Below are positions 11,845 to 24,534 of a DNA stretch of 64,000 bases, piece by piece. Every line of letters starts with the position of its first letter. Position 1 is the stretch's first letter. The DNA is from Azolla caroliniana. Lineage: Eukaryota > Plantae > Polypodiophyta. Both the position numbers and the translations under genes were made by a program. The stretch covers positions 8,928,001 to 8,992,000 of the forward strand of contig JBHGNT010000006.1 in the NCBI GenBank assembly GCA_043228905.1, written 5' to 3'. The notes beneath the pieces were generated by a model. It was given only the letters and a program-made list of their open reading frames with translations, was not told where the DNA came from and ran no database searches.

Positions 11845-14189
11845 CATAAAGGGGGGGGACCCTATGGACCCAAATACTTATAGGACCATTATGATAGGTC
11901 ATACCCTTGCTAAATTATATGGTGCAGTAATGGAGGCAGAGCTTAGTGATTATCTGGAGACCTTAAATCTTCGTGCACCTGAACAGGCTGGCTTTAGACG
12001 AGCCTTCTCCACTATTGATCATATCTTCACACTTAGATGCTTAATTGACCAGACTAAGGCTCGCAAGAAGAAACTATATTGTTGTTTTGTGGACTTCCGC
12101 AAAGCCTTTGACACGGTCCCTAGAGAGCGATTGTTTGATAGGCTTAAGAGCTTGAGGATACCAGATGACATGTTTTGGGCCATCTACGCACTATATGAAC
12201 AAGTGTTCGGGTGTGTTCGATGCCCAAGTGGCATATCCGATAGTTTCACTAGCACTATTGGTGTAAAACAAGGTTGCCCCTTATCTCCGACTCTTTTTGG
12301 GATCTACATTGATGAAATCACAGATTTTATTGCTCATAAGGGAGGCAATGGAGTAGTCCTTGGGGATACGTAGGTGCGTATCTTGCTCTATGCAGACGAC
12401 ATAGTTTTGCTCTCTGAATCCGAACACGACCTACAAAGGCACCTTAATGCCTTAGATGACTTTTGCACACAACGAGGATTGGTGGTGAATCTAGGGAAAA
12501 CTAAAGTCCTTATCTTCCACACGTCGGCCCAAGTTAGAGCTAAGTGTCACCTAACTATCTCCCATAACCCAATTGAGGTGGTTGGATCATATGTCTATCT
12601 CGGAGTCACTTTCAGTGCCCACTCAGGTAAATTTTTGAGGACACAAGCAGCGAAGGATAGACTTACAAGAGGACATGCATCCCTCTCACTCCTCGAGAGA
12701 CAATGCCACCAAGCATACTTCCAAGAGCCACGAACTAAAGGGTGGCTCTTTGACTCATTAGTGACTGCCTCTCTCATGTATGCATCAGCGGTTTGGGCTC
12801 CAGGACTACCATCTTTCATGTGGACCCAATTAGAGAGACCATTGGTGATGATGTTATCACGCCAACTCCGAAGCAAATCGTCGGTCCCACATGACATTAT
12901 TAGGGCTGAGTTCACTCTACCCCCTATGTTGGTAGAAGCACTTTTTCAACTTGTAGTCTTTATCCACAGGATACATAACCAACCACTTGATAGAATATCC
13001 CATCAAGCCTTTAAGGCTTCTCGAGCACTGTATGAGTCCAGCTATACTAGCTCATGGTATGGCATGATGGTGAGTTGGCTTCTTGCCAACAGTCTAGACA
13101 TTAATAACCTCCCCCCCCTTAAGTACGACCACACGACTGATAACACTTTAATCTCTCATGAGGACCGTAAGAAAGTAATACGCCAAGAAATATGGCAAAT
13201 TTATACTCGGTATAAATGGATCACCCCACTAGAGCCACTCCCATCTAAAATGCCGTACTATAAGGAACACTTTATGCACTTCTCTAAGTTAGGTTTTATC
13301 ACGTGACCAAGATATCTAGATGTATTCTTACCACATGCACTAAGGGTTGCCATTGGTCAACTTAGAATATCCTCTCACCAACTTGAGATTGAGAATGGAC
13401 ATACTAATGGAGTCCCTAGGGAGGAAAGGATATGTGGGTTATGCCACATAGAGATAGAGGGTGAGTACCATTTTACATGCAAATGCCCCACCTATGCCGA
13501 GATAAGGGCAAAATACCAAGACATACTTGGTTCCTCTCCCACCCTCCCTAAACTATTAGATACACTAGATATAAAGAAATTAGGTAGATACATCTTAGAA
13601 TTGAAACAACACAGAGAGAATAAGTTACAAAACGTTGATAATAATGTTGCTAATGTTTACCAACATGTAACAAATGAAGTTTTTCAGAAATAGGGGGAGA
13701 CAATGAATGTTGACACACCTGCACCACTCAGGCTTTTCCTTGATGAAGCAGAAAATCAAAGAAGAACCAAATGCCCTTGGATGCCGGGTTTCAAAGCAAC
13801 TCGACGAGATGTAGAAGCAATAAAGAAAATAAGGGAACGTGAACTACACCGCCTAGAAGCCATGGCTAGGGCACTCTATGCATCGGGACCATGGGTCACA
13901 CCCACACCAAAAACTTTTGACCTCCCACTTCTTTTTGAGAGACTTGGGTGGAAATGAGATTAGGCTTAGTGCAAAGTTTTGTACACTACTAGAACTCTCT
14001 TAGCTTAAGCTATTTTCTTTTATTTTAGTTTTGATGATTGGATAAACACTCATTTTTGTTGTAAACCAATTGTCTCATGGGCCAAATTTGGCCTTAGAAG
14101 AGTTTTTTACACTACTAGAACTCTCTTAGCTTAAGCTATTTTCTTTTATTTTAGTTTTGATGATTGGATAAACACTCATTTTTGTTGTA

Positions 14190-14191
<2 letters not shown>
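11845..14191 (+). mobile_element. RTE-clade LINE family A, 5'-truncated, with a duplicated 3'-UTR segment
   Basis: YRTI, EQAGFR, FVDFRKAFDTV, GVKQGCPLSPTLF, LLYADD, YLGV and a C-terminal RIC..C..H..C motif, with several premature stops. 13975-14065 is repeated at 14101-14191. Confidence 0.92.
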
Positions 14192-14226
<35 letters not shown>

Positions 14227-14232
<6 letters not shown>

Positions 14233-15240
14233 TACTTGTGGATGGGAAGTAAAACTAATGTTGTCCAATACCATGGTAACTCAAGTATTACTTTATGGAG
14301 TAGAAGTATGGGGTGGCACCATCTTTCTTAATGCATGGGATGAGATTAAGAAAATTCAAAAGATGTTTTTAAGGAGGCAATTAGGAGTTAAGTGCACTAC
14401 CTCTTACCAGGTTATGCTCTTGGAAGTAGGTGTTCGACCCATAGAACTATTGGCACTCCAAAGAGTATATAAATACATTACAAAAGTCAAGAATATGCCG
14501 AATCATCGATTACCACATCTTGCTTGGAATGTTGGATGTAAACAACAAAAGAATCATAAAAGTAAGATTCTCTGATCCGGTTGGATTGTTGACATAAGGA
14601 AATGGTTTAAAAGATGGGGTGTGGATGATCTTTCGGAGCTTTCATGCAATGCTATGCAATATGTAATGATTGAGGAAAGGTTGGTGGAATCATTAAGGAT
14701 GAAGTGGGAAGATGCTAAGAGGACAAAGCTAGAATACTACATTGCAAATGTCAACCCTGAATGTTGGTCTCAATATAAAGCAAGAATGCCTATTGATCGT
14801 ATCCAACATTATCTCATTACCAATATGAGCAGTAATGCTCATTGAGCCCTGACACTACTTCGCACTCGATCTCACAAGTTAGGTATTGAAGTTGCATCAT
14901 GGTATCAAAATGTAACGGACTTGAAGACATTCAAAGTATGCAATGAAGGCATGGTAGAGGATAAATGTCAGTTGCTCTTCACATGCTCGACACATAGTGC
15001 AATTAGTTCAAGATATGCTAACATACTAAGAGGGAGTGATAACTTAAGTGCCATACTTAAGACACCAACAAGAAGGTTGAGCTCATATGTGTATTCTTTA
15101 TTCACACATAGAGACATTGCGCTTCAATCTATGAATACCCCTTGTTAGGAAGGAGACACATATCAAGAACACATGTATACTCTGGTCCCATAGGTCAAAA
15201 TTGGCCTCTTTATGGACGATAAAAAATTCTAATTCTAATT
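14227..15240 (+). mobile_element. RTE-clade LINE family B, 3' part
   Basis: LLYGVEVWG..IQKMFLR..LGV post-RT region, RTRSHKLGIE, (AATTCT)n tail. Flanked on both sides by (CT)n. Confidence 0.85.
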
Positions 15241-15499
15241 CTCTCTCTCTCTAGTAATATATGAATTATGAAATTGTGGAGTTACACTTGATAGGAGGAA
15301 TACAAGATCTTGTCGAGCCACTAAAAAAAGCTTCAAGGATCCCAATGCGTCCATCATCCCTCATACTAGATACATCATAACACTTCGATAACAACCAATG
15401 CAAATGGTTGCCATACATAATGCACTACATACCTACAACCCCTTAACTCCTCTTGTGTTGGCCTATGTGAATTCTTTAACGAGCATAATGGTTATACCA

Positions 15500-18200
15500 A
15501 TATGCCTTTTAATCGTCAAATGTGCAAAGGTAGTCAAACAATACCTTAAAGCTAGAGCTCCTTAGACACATAAACCAACTTGAGACTTTACTTTTCATCT
15601 CAATGTAGGAGTGGTATGGAAGCCAATGCTTGAGTTGGTATGGAATTACTATTCAATGTCTATGCTTTATTACTATTCAATGCGAATTGACCAAAGCTTT
15701 ATTACCAAGAGAGCATTGAGTGTTCAACAAAAATAGATTTGAAGCATTTAAATGATCAACGCCACTAAGATGACCTAATTCACAACAAATATTGTTTTGA
15801 TTGGCCATGCCACACAAAGATCAACCAAATCTCTTTCTATACCTCGAGTAAGCATAAACTTACATATACTCATGTTTTAACCCTAACACAAATGCAAATA
15901 CATTGAACACATCCATGCTTGTAGCTATATTATTAGCTAGACCTTTAAGAAACAAGAACAAAGACATCTAACAATGCTAGAGCTATCAATTGTTTCCCTA
16001 ATAGGAGATCAAATCCAAGAATATCTCCCGGATAGCCAAATTATGCATCATAATATGATTTGGGTGAGTAGCATTGGAAATCAATAATGGGCTCAATGAG
16101 CACCGTTGTATTGATTTGTGACATTGCACATATACCCAATATGAAAGTTAGGCATGATGTCCTTGCACCGAAATCTATTTGAGACATAGCTTAGGTAATA
16201 AACAACCAACTTACATGATTGTATGCCCTCTCTATTGCAATTTCTTGTTATGATTTTGTAGCATAAAAATTACACACATTTGTAGATTCAAAATTTTATG
16301 AAGGATGTCCACACACGTACATCCATATTAGATAGGTTAGACAACAAAAAGTAGACCATTCTAGTTGGCAAAAATCTTATAAAACTCACCCATTATGATA
16401 TATATCTCTACTACCAAAAGACATGGATGAGGCAACTTTAGATACAAGCTTAATGAAACAATTTTTTATTTTTTATTTTTTTTAAAGAAGTTTCACCTTG
16501 GTATTAATGGAAAGATGCCAAAATGCTACAAATTCATACAATATATTACAACCCTCATATCCACATCAACCAGCATGTCAAGTATCAAAAACCCTCATGT
16601 AGGGTATTTTTCATCAATCACACATCTTATTGGAACTCTACATTTCTCGAAACAATATCAAAAGAGGACCTTTAAGTTGCTCAACAAATGCTTTCACTTT
16701 TTTGTTTGTAATTCCATCTCCACCTTTTTATTGCATCATCAAAAATATATGAAAGGATACACTCCACCACATTGTCATTTATATATTCGTCCAAAGTCAT
16801 CACAACTTGGTGTCTAACCTTCTCCATGATTGATCCAAATAATGTTGAACTTTATTGTATTAGTTAATCATTAAGATAGCTTTCCTAACCTAAAGGAGTT
16901 GTGAAATGTTGAATGCAATTATGTACATATAAGGATTGATATTCAAATTACCATCTATCTCTAGGCATTACCACATTTTAATCTAGCATGGGAGGCATGC
17001 AAGAATTTATGGGCCTAACAATTATATCATCTAGTTCCCCCTTCATGCACATCATATGAGATTTGAAGGTTATGCACATCGTACTCTTGTAGAGCTTGAG
17101 ACAAGGTTACTTGTATGTCTAACAACACGTATATCTATGGAGAGTGACACCCACAAATGCATTACATCCCAATGATTTTGGATGAGTCTCATAGTTTCTT
17201 CACATAGCAATGCATGCAAAATAACATAATGATGGCAACAAGTTGAATATTAGAGAGACAAATATCCCATGAAAGAATGTTGTGAGCCTAATTTTTTTCT
17301 TATAAACTCTTTATCAAGTATCATATAATTTGGTGAAAATGATCATGTCCAATAATGAAGAATTAAATATAGGGGGTTTCCTTACCAATAAACATCCAAA
17401 AGCATCCATCGTATGATGTGTGCATTCCATGAAAACTGGAAAAATGGTTAGATAATGACTACACTTGAGACACCTACATTATCAACACTTCCAAATGGAA
17501 TACCTCATCATGCATTGCATATATGTTGATCAACAACCTCCCTATTTATCTATGTTATGTTGATTGAAAGGTACCACCAAGTTTTGTTCAATTAACCCAA
17601 CATCATGAATCATAAACCAATTTGTTATTGAAGAAAGTAGGGTTTCACCACACTTTGAGGTTTCCCACTAGGAATAAAAGTGTTACTATATATATATAGG
17701 AAAGGTGAGACAAAAGTCTATTGGGTTGTTCTTCTATTCTAAAAATAACTAACTTGCCATAGCTTAATCCACTAGTACACCAAATATACCAATTGTATTT
17801 TTCTCATAAAGAAACAAATAATATGCCTATGTCATAAAACATGGAGAAGACTTTAAGGATTTCCTTTCACGCATCTCCACTTTTATAATATTTGTGGATT
17901 CTACACTCATTGATGTCAAGTATCCCTTAGAGCCTCGTTAGTAACTTCATGAAGAGCAACCAATATGTTCACTATCTTATTTGACAATAACAAGTTGATC
18001 ATTGTGATTGTGGAAGCATTTTGAAACATGGCTATGAAAACGCTTTCTGAATCTTTAGTTCTTCGTTGTTTTACACTTGTCTAGTTCTAACCATAAGCTT
18101 CAACCTTTGACATAGTTTGCCCAAACCAAAGTATTAAAACTATGGACAACTTTCTCTCTTTGACTTCTTTTTTAAAGATCACAATCTGTCACTCTCTAGT
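15500..18200 (-). mobile_element. Possible highly decayed DNA-transposon (hAT-like) remnant
   Basis: Only faint motif-like traces on the minus strand (e.g. near 17400-17430, resembling GCT..SDGW). No ORF. Confidence 0.25.
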
Positions 18201-19171
18201 TTCTTTTATATAAATGGAGAGAAGATTTCACAACTTTCCCACATTGTTCCCACTATACTCAATAGTTTGGGGTCCATGGGAGATAGTATTTTGTCTAGTT
18301 CATGTGTAGAGTAAAACAATTTTTGCTACCTAACAAACGATAACAATAATGGTGATACACATATTGTAAGATACAAACTTGGAACCAATAAGTTTACAAA
18401 TTTTAAGGAATTTGAGGAAATATCAAACCTTGAAGTACAAACCTTCTATCAACTAACTTCATATCTATTTTCTAAATTTTAGAGAGAGGAAAAAAATATT
18501 GTGGAGAGAGAGGGAAGGAGGAGAAATCACATGTATATAATTTTGGTAGGGTGCTTTCCACCCGCAAAATGCCTTTTTTTGGGTTGCACCTAAGATCATA
18601 GAATAGACATGATAGTGATATATCTCTCTAGCTCAACTATGTGCTCTTTTGTAATTCTTGAAATTACAAAACTAGTTTGTTATTTTACAAACCAACTTCA
18701 TTACATGTTCTTTTGTAATCCCTTAGATTACAAAACTAGCCATTAAAAGTAAAAAGTTGAACGTTGTTTCTTCCAAGTTTTTAGGTTTTTCTTGTATCCA
18801 AGGAGAAATTTTAAGCCCATGCTTAAAGATAAGCTCTCATAAGAGTATATCAAAGCCACCTATGAACGTTAAAAGCAATATGCCAATAATGATAATGTTT
18901 CATTGACCAATGGTTGATTACAAGAAGGTTAGGTCCTAGGTCTCGTGAAACTTGAATAGTTGTTTAGCGAAATATGCTTGAAAGTTAAGATATGTTCGCC
19001 TACTCATTTCCAATTCGATGATGTATTATTCCAAGCCTTAATAATGTTCTCTTTACCATCCGCAATCTTACTTATAAATAAGGTTAGAACCTAGAAAAAT
19101 GAGAGTTTTATCATGGCATTTTCTTTGTCCACATGAATGTGTTTGCCCTATAACTAATCTACTATAACAAG

Positions 19172-22102
19172 TCAAAGTTTAAATACCAAAGTGAACAAAA
19201 GACTACTAAAATAAAATGCATGGACGAAAAGACCTCTAAAAGAGAAATATATAGAGATGGTAAGGAAAATATATAGGCACATAAAAGAAATAAAGAATTT
19301 GATGGCTAAAAATAAATCATAACTCAAGTGCTTCTCGTCATTGTCCTTCATGCTATAACACATAAATCTCAAATCAGAAATGGATGTTTCATTTGATTGT
19401 GGTGTTACATACTTAGAGCGCGTGGTTGATAGTGGCTTAACAGTATCCAATGCTTGGAGAGTTCTGTCCATCAGTCCATTATTCCGCAAATAACTATAGG
19501 ATTTTCTTTTCAAAGATTTACTAGATTTTGCTTTCATCAATGTTTTAGTATCTTCTCCACTAACACTTGTATATATATTCGATAAGGTAACATATGATGA
19601 ACAACACATCGGATCAATTTCTAACATAGAATGTGCTACCCTGTTTCCTATCTTCACATCGCTACACGAGCCTAATACAGCTGTCCACGATATCAATGAA
19701 GGCTTAAAAGGCATCCTAATCACCAATTCATCAACTTCTTCTAGACAACCAGCTCTACTTAGCAGATCAATCATGCAATCGTAATGCTCTAAACCAGGAT
19801 TGATTCCATACTTGACCTTCATTAATTGGAAAATATGCCTACCATCATCAACCAAGCCAGCATGGCTACATGCAGAAAGGGTGTGGGTGAAAGTTATTGA
19901 ATCTGGAACAAATCCTTCTTTCAGCATTTGATAAAAGATCTCAACCACGACCTTCCCACATCCATGTTGAGCATAAGCAGCAATTATAACATTGAATGAA
20001 ATCACATCATGCTCCAGCATTTCATCGAATACTCTTTGTGCATCTACAAGTTTTCCACACCTACCGTACAGGTTCACAAGAGCAGTACCAAGTAGCACAT
20101 TTGAGCCCAATTCACTATGAATCATTTGCGTGTATATATGCTTGCCCTTGCCAAGAACACATAAACTTGCACATGCACCAAGACAGCTTATGTAAGTAAC
20201 GTGATTAGGAATGACTCCTTTTTGTAACATTTCATCAAACAACTGGAGTGCATGCAACCCTTGCCCTCGTTGGACATACAAACTAATAATTGCATTCCAG
20301 GCTGCATTAGTCTTTTCTGATAACTCATTGAACAACCTTTGAGCAACATCCAAACTTTCACATTTTCCATACATAGATATGAGAGTGGTCACTATGGCAT
20401 CTACTGATCTAAATCCACTATAAATTATCATGGCATGTATTCTCTTTCCTTCACTTAGATGCCCCTGAATTGCTTCAAGGATACTTAAAAATGTAACCTT
20501 ATCAGGTAAGACTGATTCAGATTGCATTTGATCAAACATTCGAAGTGTATCTTTTAGTTTTCCATATCGTGAATGTGCTGTTATCATGGTATTCCAAGTG
20601 ACAGCATCACACACTAACAAACTTTGAAAGACACTATTTGCTTCATCTGTATAACCACATTTTCCATACAAGTTTATTAGAGAGTTTGAAATGTAAAGAT
20701 CCATGTCATAACCAAACTGAACAATTTGAATATGCAATCTTTTGCCTAAGCCTATATTCAACTGATTGGTGCAAGATAACAAGACATTGCAAAAGGTAAC
20801 TTCATTTGCTGTAATTTCCATTAATTGCATTTGTTTGAAGTATTCAAACACTTTCTTATCGTGTCCTTGCTGCGCAAGTGCTGTGATAATAGCATTCCAG
20901 TAGATAACATTACGATCTGGGATGTCTTCAAAGATGCATCGTACATCTTCAAGCTCACCACGCTGTGCATAGATTGATAAAATGCTGACCAAGGTCACTT
21001 TATCTGGAGTTATTCCTTTTTGTTTCATTGAATACAGAAGTTCAAGAGCCTCCTTTATAAATCCAAGCTGAACATACGCCCCGATCATTGTATTCCAACA
21101 GAACAAGTTCCGGTTCGGAAGTACGTCGAATATATATTTGCCATCTTCTATTTCTCCACATTTTCCATACATATTGATTAATGCACTGGCAACTTTAACA
21201 TCGATTTCAATTCCATTGTGTGCAATGCGAGCATGCATTATCTTACCAGCACTCAACAACACTTTCTCAGCACATCCTGAGATGATGCTGATGAAAGTTA
21301 TCCTATCGGGAAGTAACCCTTCTTGCAATATTTGTTCAAAGCTCTGTAAGAACCTCTCTACAAACATATCCTGAGAGAACACACCAATCATAGCATTCCA
21401 AGATACCACATTCCTCTCATCCATGCCATCGTGCATTCGCATTGCTTCTTCCAAATTGCCGTGTTTCCCATAGAAACTTATGAGAGATGTTGAAACAACA
21501 CGGTCCTGCTGAAATCCTAAATAAAATAAACATGAATGCAATCTTCTCCCTTGTTCTAAATTTGATCCATGGCCAGCATACAAACAGATGATATTCACAC
21601 ATGTTATTCTATCAGGAGCTATTCCTTCCAACATCATTTGATCGAAAAAATATTGTGATTCATGTATTAATCCATGCTTTGCAAAAGCGCCAATCATATA
21701 ATTACACAAATAAGCACTTTTACCTTCTATATTCATGAACAAATCCTGTGCAATGCGAAAATGATCACATTTCACATACATTTGAATAAGGAAGCTTGCA
21801 ATATATGGATCATTCCTCAGTTTAATATTCTCCAAGTAGCGATGAAGCCGCTTTCCTTCTTGAAGAAGCTTCAAATTTCCACAAATTTGTAGAAGAGATG
21901 CGAATGAAGAGGAATTGAAGTAGAAATCGTTCCGATCTATCAGGTCAAGAGCTCGAGTGAGCCGTGAAATGCTGGTTCTAGATTCTATACAGTGCGAAGA
22001 GAAGAAGACTATGGAGACCTTCTGCAATCCTCTGCTTTTGTCTGACACGAGAGGGGGACTCAGAACCCCTAGGAATTGTAGCATCCTGCAAAAGCTCGCC
22101 AT
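19172..22102 (-). CDS. PLS-class pentatricopeptide repeat protein with E domain and no DYW domain (organellar RNA-editing factor type)
   Basis: Long P-L-S array (VVSWNAMI, PDRITF..I, ALINMYGKCG), L2/S2 (LSACSHAGLVDDG, EHYDCMIDLLSRAG), E1/E2 (MPFKP...W..VLGSC, YVTLSNIY). Likely start is MASFCRM at 22102 with a transit-peptide-like N-terminus. The true 3' end is uncertain. Confidence 0.92.
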   Translation of the reverse strand: MASFCRMLQFLGVLSPPLVSDKSRGLQKVSIVFFSSHCIESRTSISRLTRALDLIDRNDFYFNSSSFASLLQICGNLKLLQEGKRLHRYLENIKLRNDPYIASFLIQMYVKCDHFRIAQDLFMNIEGKSAYLCNYMIGAFAKHGLIHESQYFFDQMMLEGIAPDRITCVNIICLYAGHGSNLEQGRRLHSCLFYLGFQQDRVVSTSLISFYGKHGNLEEAMRMHDGMDERNVVSWNAMIGVFSQDMFVERFLQSFEQILQEGLLPDRITFISIISGCAEKVLLSAGKIMHARIAHNGIEIDVKVASALINMYGKCGEIEDGKYIFDVLPNRNLFCWNTMIGAYVQLGFIKEALELLYSMKQKGITPDKVTLVSILSIYAQRGELEDVRCIFEDIPDRNVIYWNAIITALAQQGHDKKVFEYFKQMQLMEITANEVTFCNVLLSCTNQLNIGLGKRLHIQIVQFGYDMDLYISNSLINLYGKCGYTDEANSVFQSLLVCDAVTWNTMITAHSRYGKLKDTLRMFDQMQSESVLPDKVTFLSILEAIQGHLSEGKRIHAMIIYSGFRSVDAIVTTLISMYGKCESLDVAQRLFNELSEKTNAAWNAIISLYVQRGQGLHALQLFDEMLQKGVIPNHVTYISCLGACASLCVLGKGKHIYTQMIHSELGSNVLLGTALVNLYGRCGKLVDAQRVFDEMLEHDVISFNVIIAAYAQHGCGKVVVEIFYQMLKEGFVPDSITFTHTLSACSHAGLVDDGRHIFQLMKVKYGINPGLEHYDCMIDLLSRAGCLEEVDELVIRMPFKPSLISWTAVLGSCSDVKIGNRVAHSMLEIDPMCCSSYVTLSNIYTSVSGEDTKTLMKAKSSKSLKRKSYSYLRNNGLMDRTLQALDTVKPLSTTRSKYVTPQSNETSISDLRFMCYSMKDNDEKHLSYDLFLAIKFFISFMCLYIFLTISIYFSFRGLFVHAFYFSSLLFTLVFKL

Positions 22103-22123
22103 AGATCGATCGATCGATCGATC
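22103..22123. repeat. (GATC)n tract abutting the PPR start codon
   Basis: AGATCGATCGATCGATCGATC, direct reading. Confidence 0.9.
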
Positions 22124-22129
22124 ATGATG

Positions 22130-22735
22130 AGAAGAAAACCAGCCAGTTTGCGTCCAAAAAATGTATTTGGATGGGCATGTGTGAAACCGGCCATTTGTTT
22201 CGAAAATATGGATGTGTTTGGACGTGCATGTGTGAAAACTAGCCATTTTGCGTCCAAAATATGTATTTGGATGGGCATGTGTGAAACCAGCCATTTGTTT
22301 CGAAAATATGTATCTGGACGGGCATGCGTGAAAACCGGCCATTTGTGTCGAAAATATGTACTTGGATGGGCATGTGTGAAACCGGCCATTTGTGCCAAAA
22401 ATATGTATTTGGACGGGCATGTGTGAAAACCGGCCATTTGCATCGAAAATATGTATTTGGATGTGCATGTGTGAAACCAACCCATTTGTGCCGAAAATAT
22501 GTATTTGGACGGGCATGTGTGAAAACCGGCCATTTGTGTCAAAAATATGTATTTGGATGGGCATGTGTGAAACCGGCCATTTGTGTCGAAAATAGGTATT
22601 TGGATGGGCATGTGTGAAAACCAACCATTTGTGCCGAAAATATGTATTCAGATGGGGAGGTGTGAGACCAAACATTTGCATTGAAAATGTGTATTTGGAT
22701 GGGAAGGTGTGAAACTAGACATTTGAGTCGAAAAA
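22130..22735. repeat. Minisatellite, about 12 copies of a 47/48-bp unit (AAAATATGTATTTGGAYGGGCATGTGTGAAA(A)CCGGCCATTTGTGTCG)
   Basis: Unit anchors at 22161, 22261, 22308, 22356, 22403, 22451, 22499, 22547, 22594, 22642 and 22689. Confidence 0.95.
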
Positions 22736-24059
22736 ATCACAAAACTTAGTATTCAAGCGTCCACTGGGGTGACACACATCTAGGGGAAACTCAAACCTCG
22801 ACCCTTGGTGCCCACTGCCAACAATGTCTATCTCGTCCTCAATCAAGCTTTTGGGCTCACTGCTCTAGCCAGGTGCTTTATGTCCCATCTAGGGAACAAT
22901 CACCATGCTCTCTCGTTATGTTCCTTCATAAATTAACATTTCTGCATCAATGGTGGGTCGATTGTTCCCTCTCTTTTTCCTTTAGAGCTAAGTTAAAGTG
23001 TCCAAGTCCCACATTTTTATCCCTTTTGAGCCCCCCCCCCCTCCCCCAAACAAAATAAAAAAGAAGAATCATCGATCATGCCAAGGTCAGACATAATATT
23101 CAAGGTACGAGTACGTGGCATTCAATGGGGAAAAGCATACATTGTGCAAATTCCTTCTTTATTAGTTCATCTAATAGCTTTATGAATGACATTCCCATAG
23201 ATATTGTATACGAATGGGGTCCCCTCCCAAACGTGTAACATGAGGGCACTATTCAGGTATGAATGATGGTGTCTTGTCCACCACTATGGGGGTTAGACGT
23301 TGCGAGTGTGAATTATTTATTTACAAGAAGGCATGATCAACCTTCTTAGCTCTGACGAATAGCAATCTTCACGAGAACTTGACTCGAGCGATGGTCGCAT
23401 ATGGACGTGATAGAGCTTACAACATAATAATAATCGGTCGTGCTTGCTCTCGTTTTTTCCCTGAAAATATCCTTTCATTAGTTATAAACAGTTGTTACAA
23501 GAATGTTGACCTACCATCAAGCTTCCCTTGATATGTTGCGCTCTTCCATGGGTCCCCATCCCTAAAGGATAGATAGTATCAACACGCCAACACTTAATAA
23601 CCTAGTTATGTAATTGGTGGTGGGAACAACCATATTGGTGATGCTAGGCACCACATGGGTCTTGCATTTTGTAGTGTGAGAAAAGGGCCCTTGTTCCAAT
23701 AGGCGATAAATTTGAGGCATCGCAACACTGCAACATCTATCTCACCTTTAATTTCATCATACCGCCCTTTTAAGGTATGCACCATATGCATCTAGATGTT
23801 CCGTACACTTTCCACGGGATGAACAATGGTATTATCAAACACCTTAGAACATCTAGCAGTCCAAATAAAACCACATTATCGCGCTTGCTCTTTTAGTACG
23901 CGTCCACCAAGTTGCACTCCAAAATTTGAGTTTGGACAAGATTGAGGTGAGTGGAGAGGGATGGCGTGTATCAGGTATTTCAAGACCGTATGGTTAGCCA
24001 TCGTCCGATGGTTGTACATCATCAATCAATGTGGAATGCAAGTTTAAGGGAAGTGTGGC

Positions 24060-24330
24060 TGATACATACCATACAAACATAAATAAATAACACAGATACA
24101 TAGATATGACATACATACGTACATACATACATACATACATACATACATACATACATACATACATAACATAACATAGATACATACGTACGTACATCCCAAA
24201 ACATAGATACATAGATACGTACATACATAACATAGATACACATACGTATGTAAATACATCCATAACATAGATACATAGATACGTACATAAATAATATACA
24301 TACGTACATACATACATACATACATACATG
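24060..24330. repeat. Compound (ACAT)n microsatellite
   Basis: Direct reading. Explains the spurious MYVC ORFs. Confidence 0.95.
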
Positions 24331-24430
24331 GGTGGGTGAGTGTAAGTGTAACTAACAAAGAGGTCCCAAAACGCAGGATATTATTTATAAAAGAAGAAGA
24401 AGAAGAAAAGCGGGGGGCCAGTCATTTGAT

Positions 24431-24534
24431 ACGTGTCAGGCGATGATTGGCGGGCGCACGAGCGAAGAGCTGCACGTGCTGCCTGAGAGTCGGCGTAGCA
24501 GAGAGGAATATCAGAAGCAGGGGAGCCACGTGGC
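24431..24534 (+). promoter_or_regulatory. G-box/ABRE-like cluster upstream of the 24671 gene
   Basis: ACGTGTC at 24431, CACGTG at about 24473 and palindromic GCCACGTGGC at 24525, in a GC-rich patch. Confidence 0.4.

Noticed and set aside
22103-22681. First 193 aa of the 1169-aa PPR ORF and the overlapping repeat ORFs
   Set aside because: These are translations of a stop-poor tandem repeat. The ATG at 22102 gives a plausible transit peptide.
22130-22735. CRISPR-like array
   Set aside because: Units are head-to-tail with no unique spacers, there are no cas genes, and the context is eukaryotic. It is a minisatellite.
23994-24358. MYVC-rich ORFs
   Set aside because: Translations of the (ACAT)n microsatellite.
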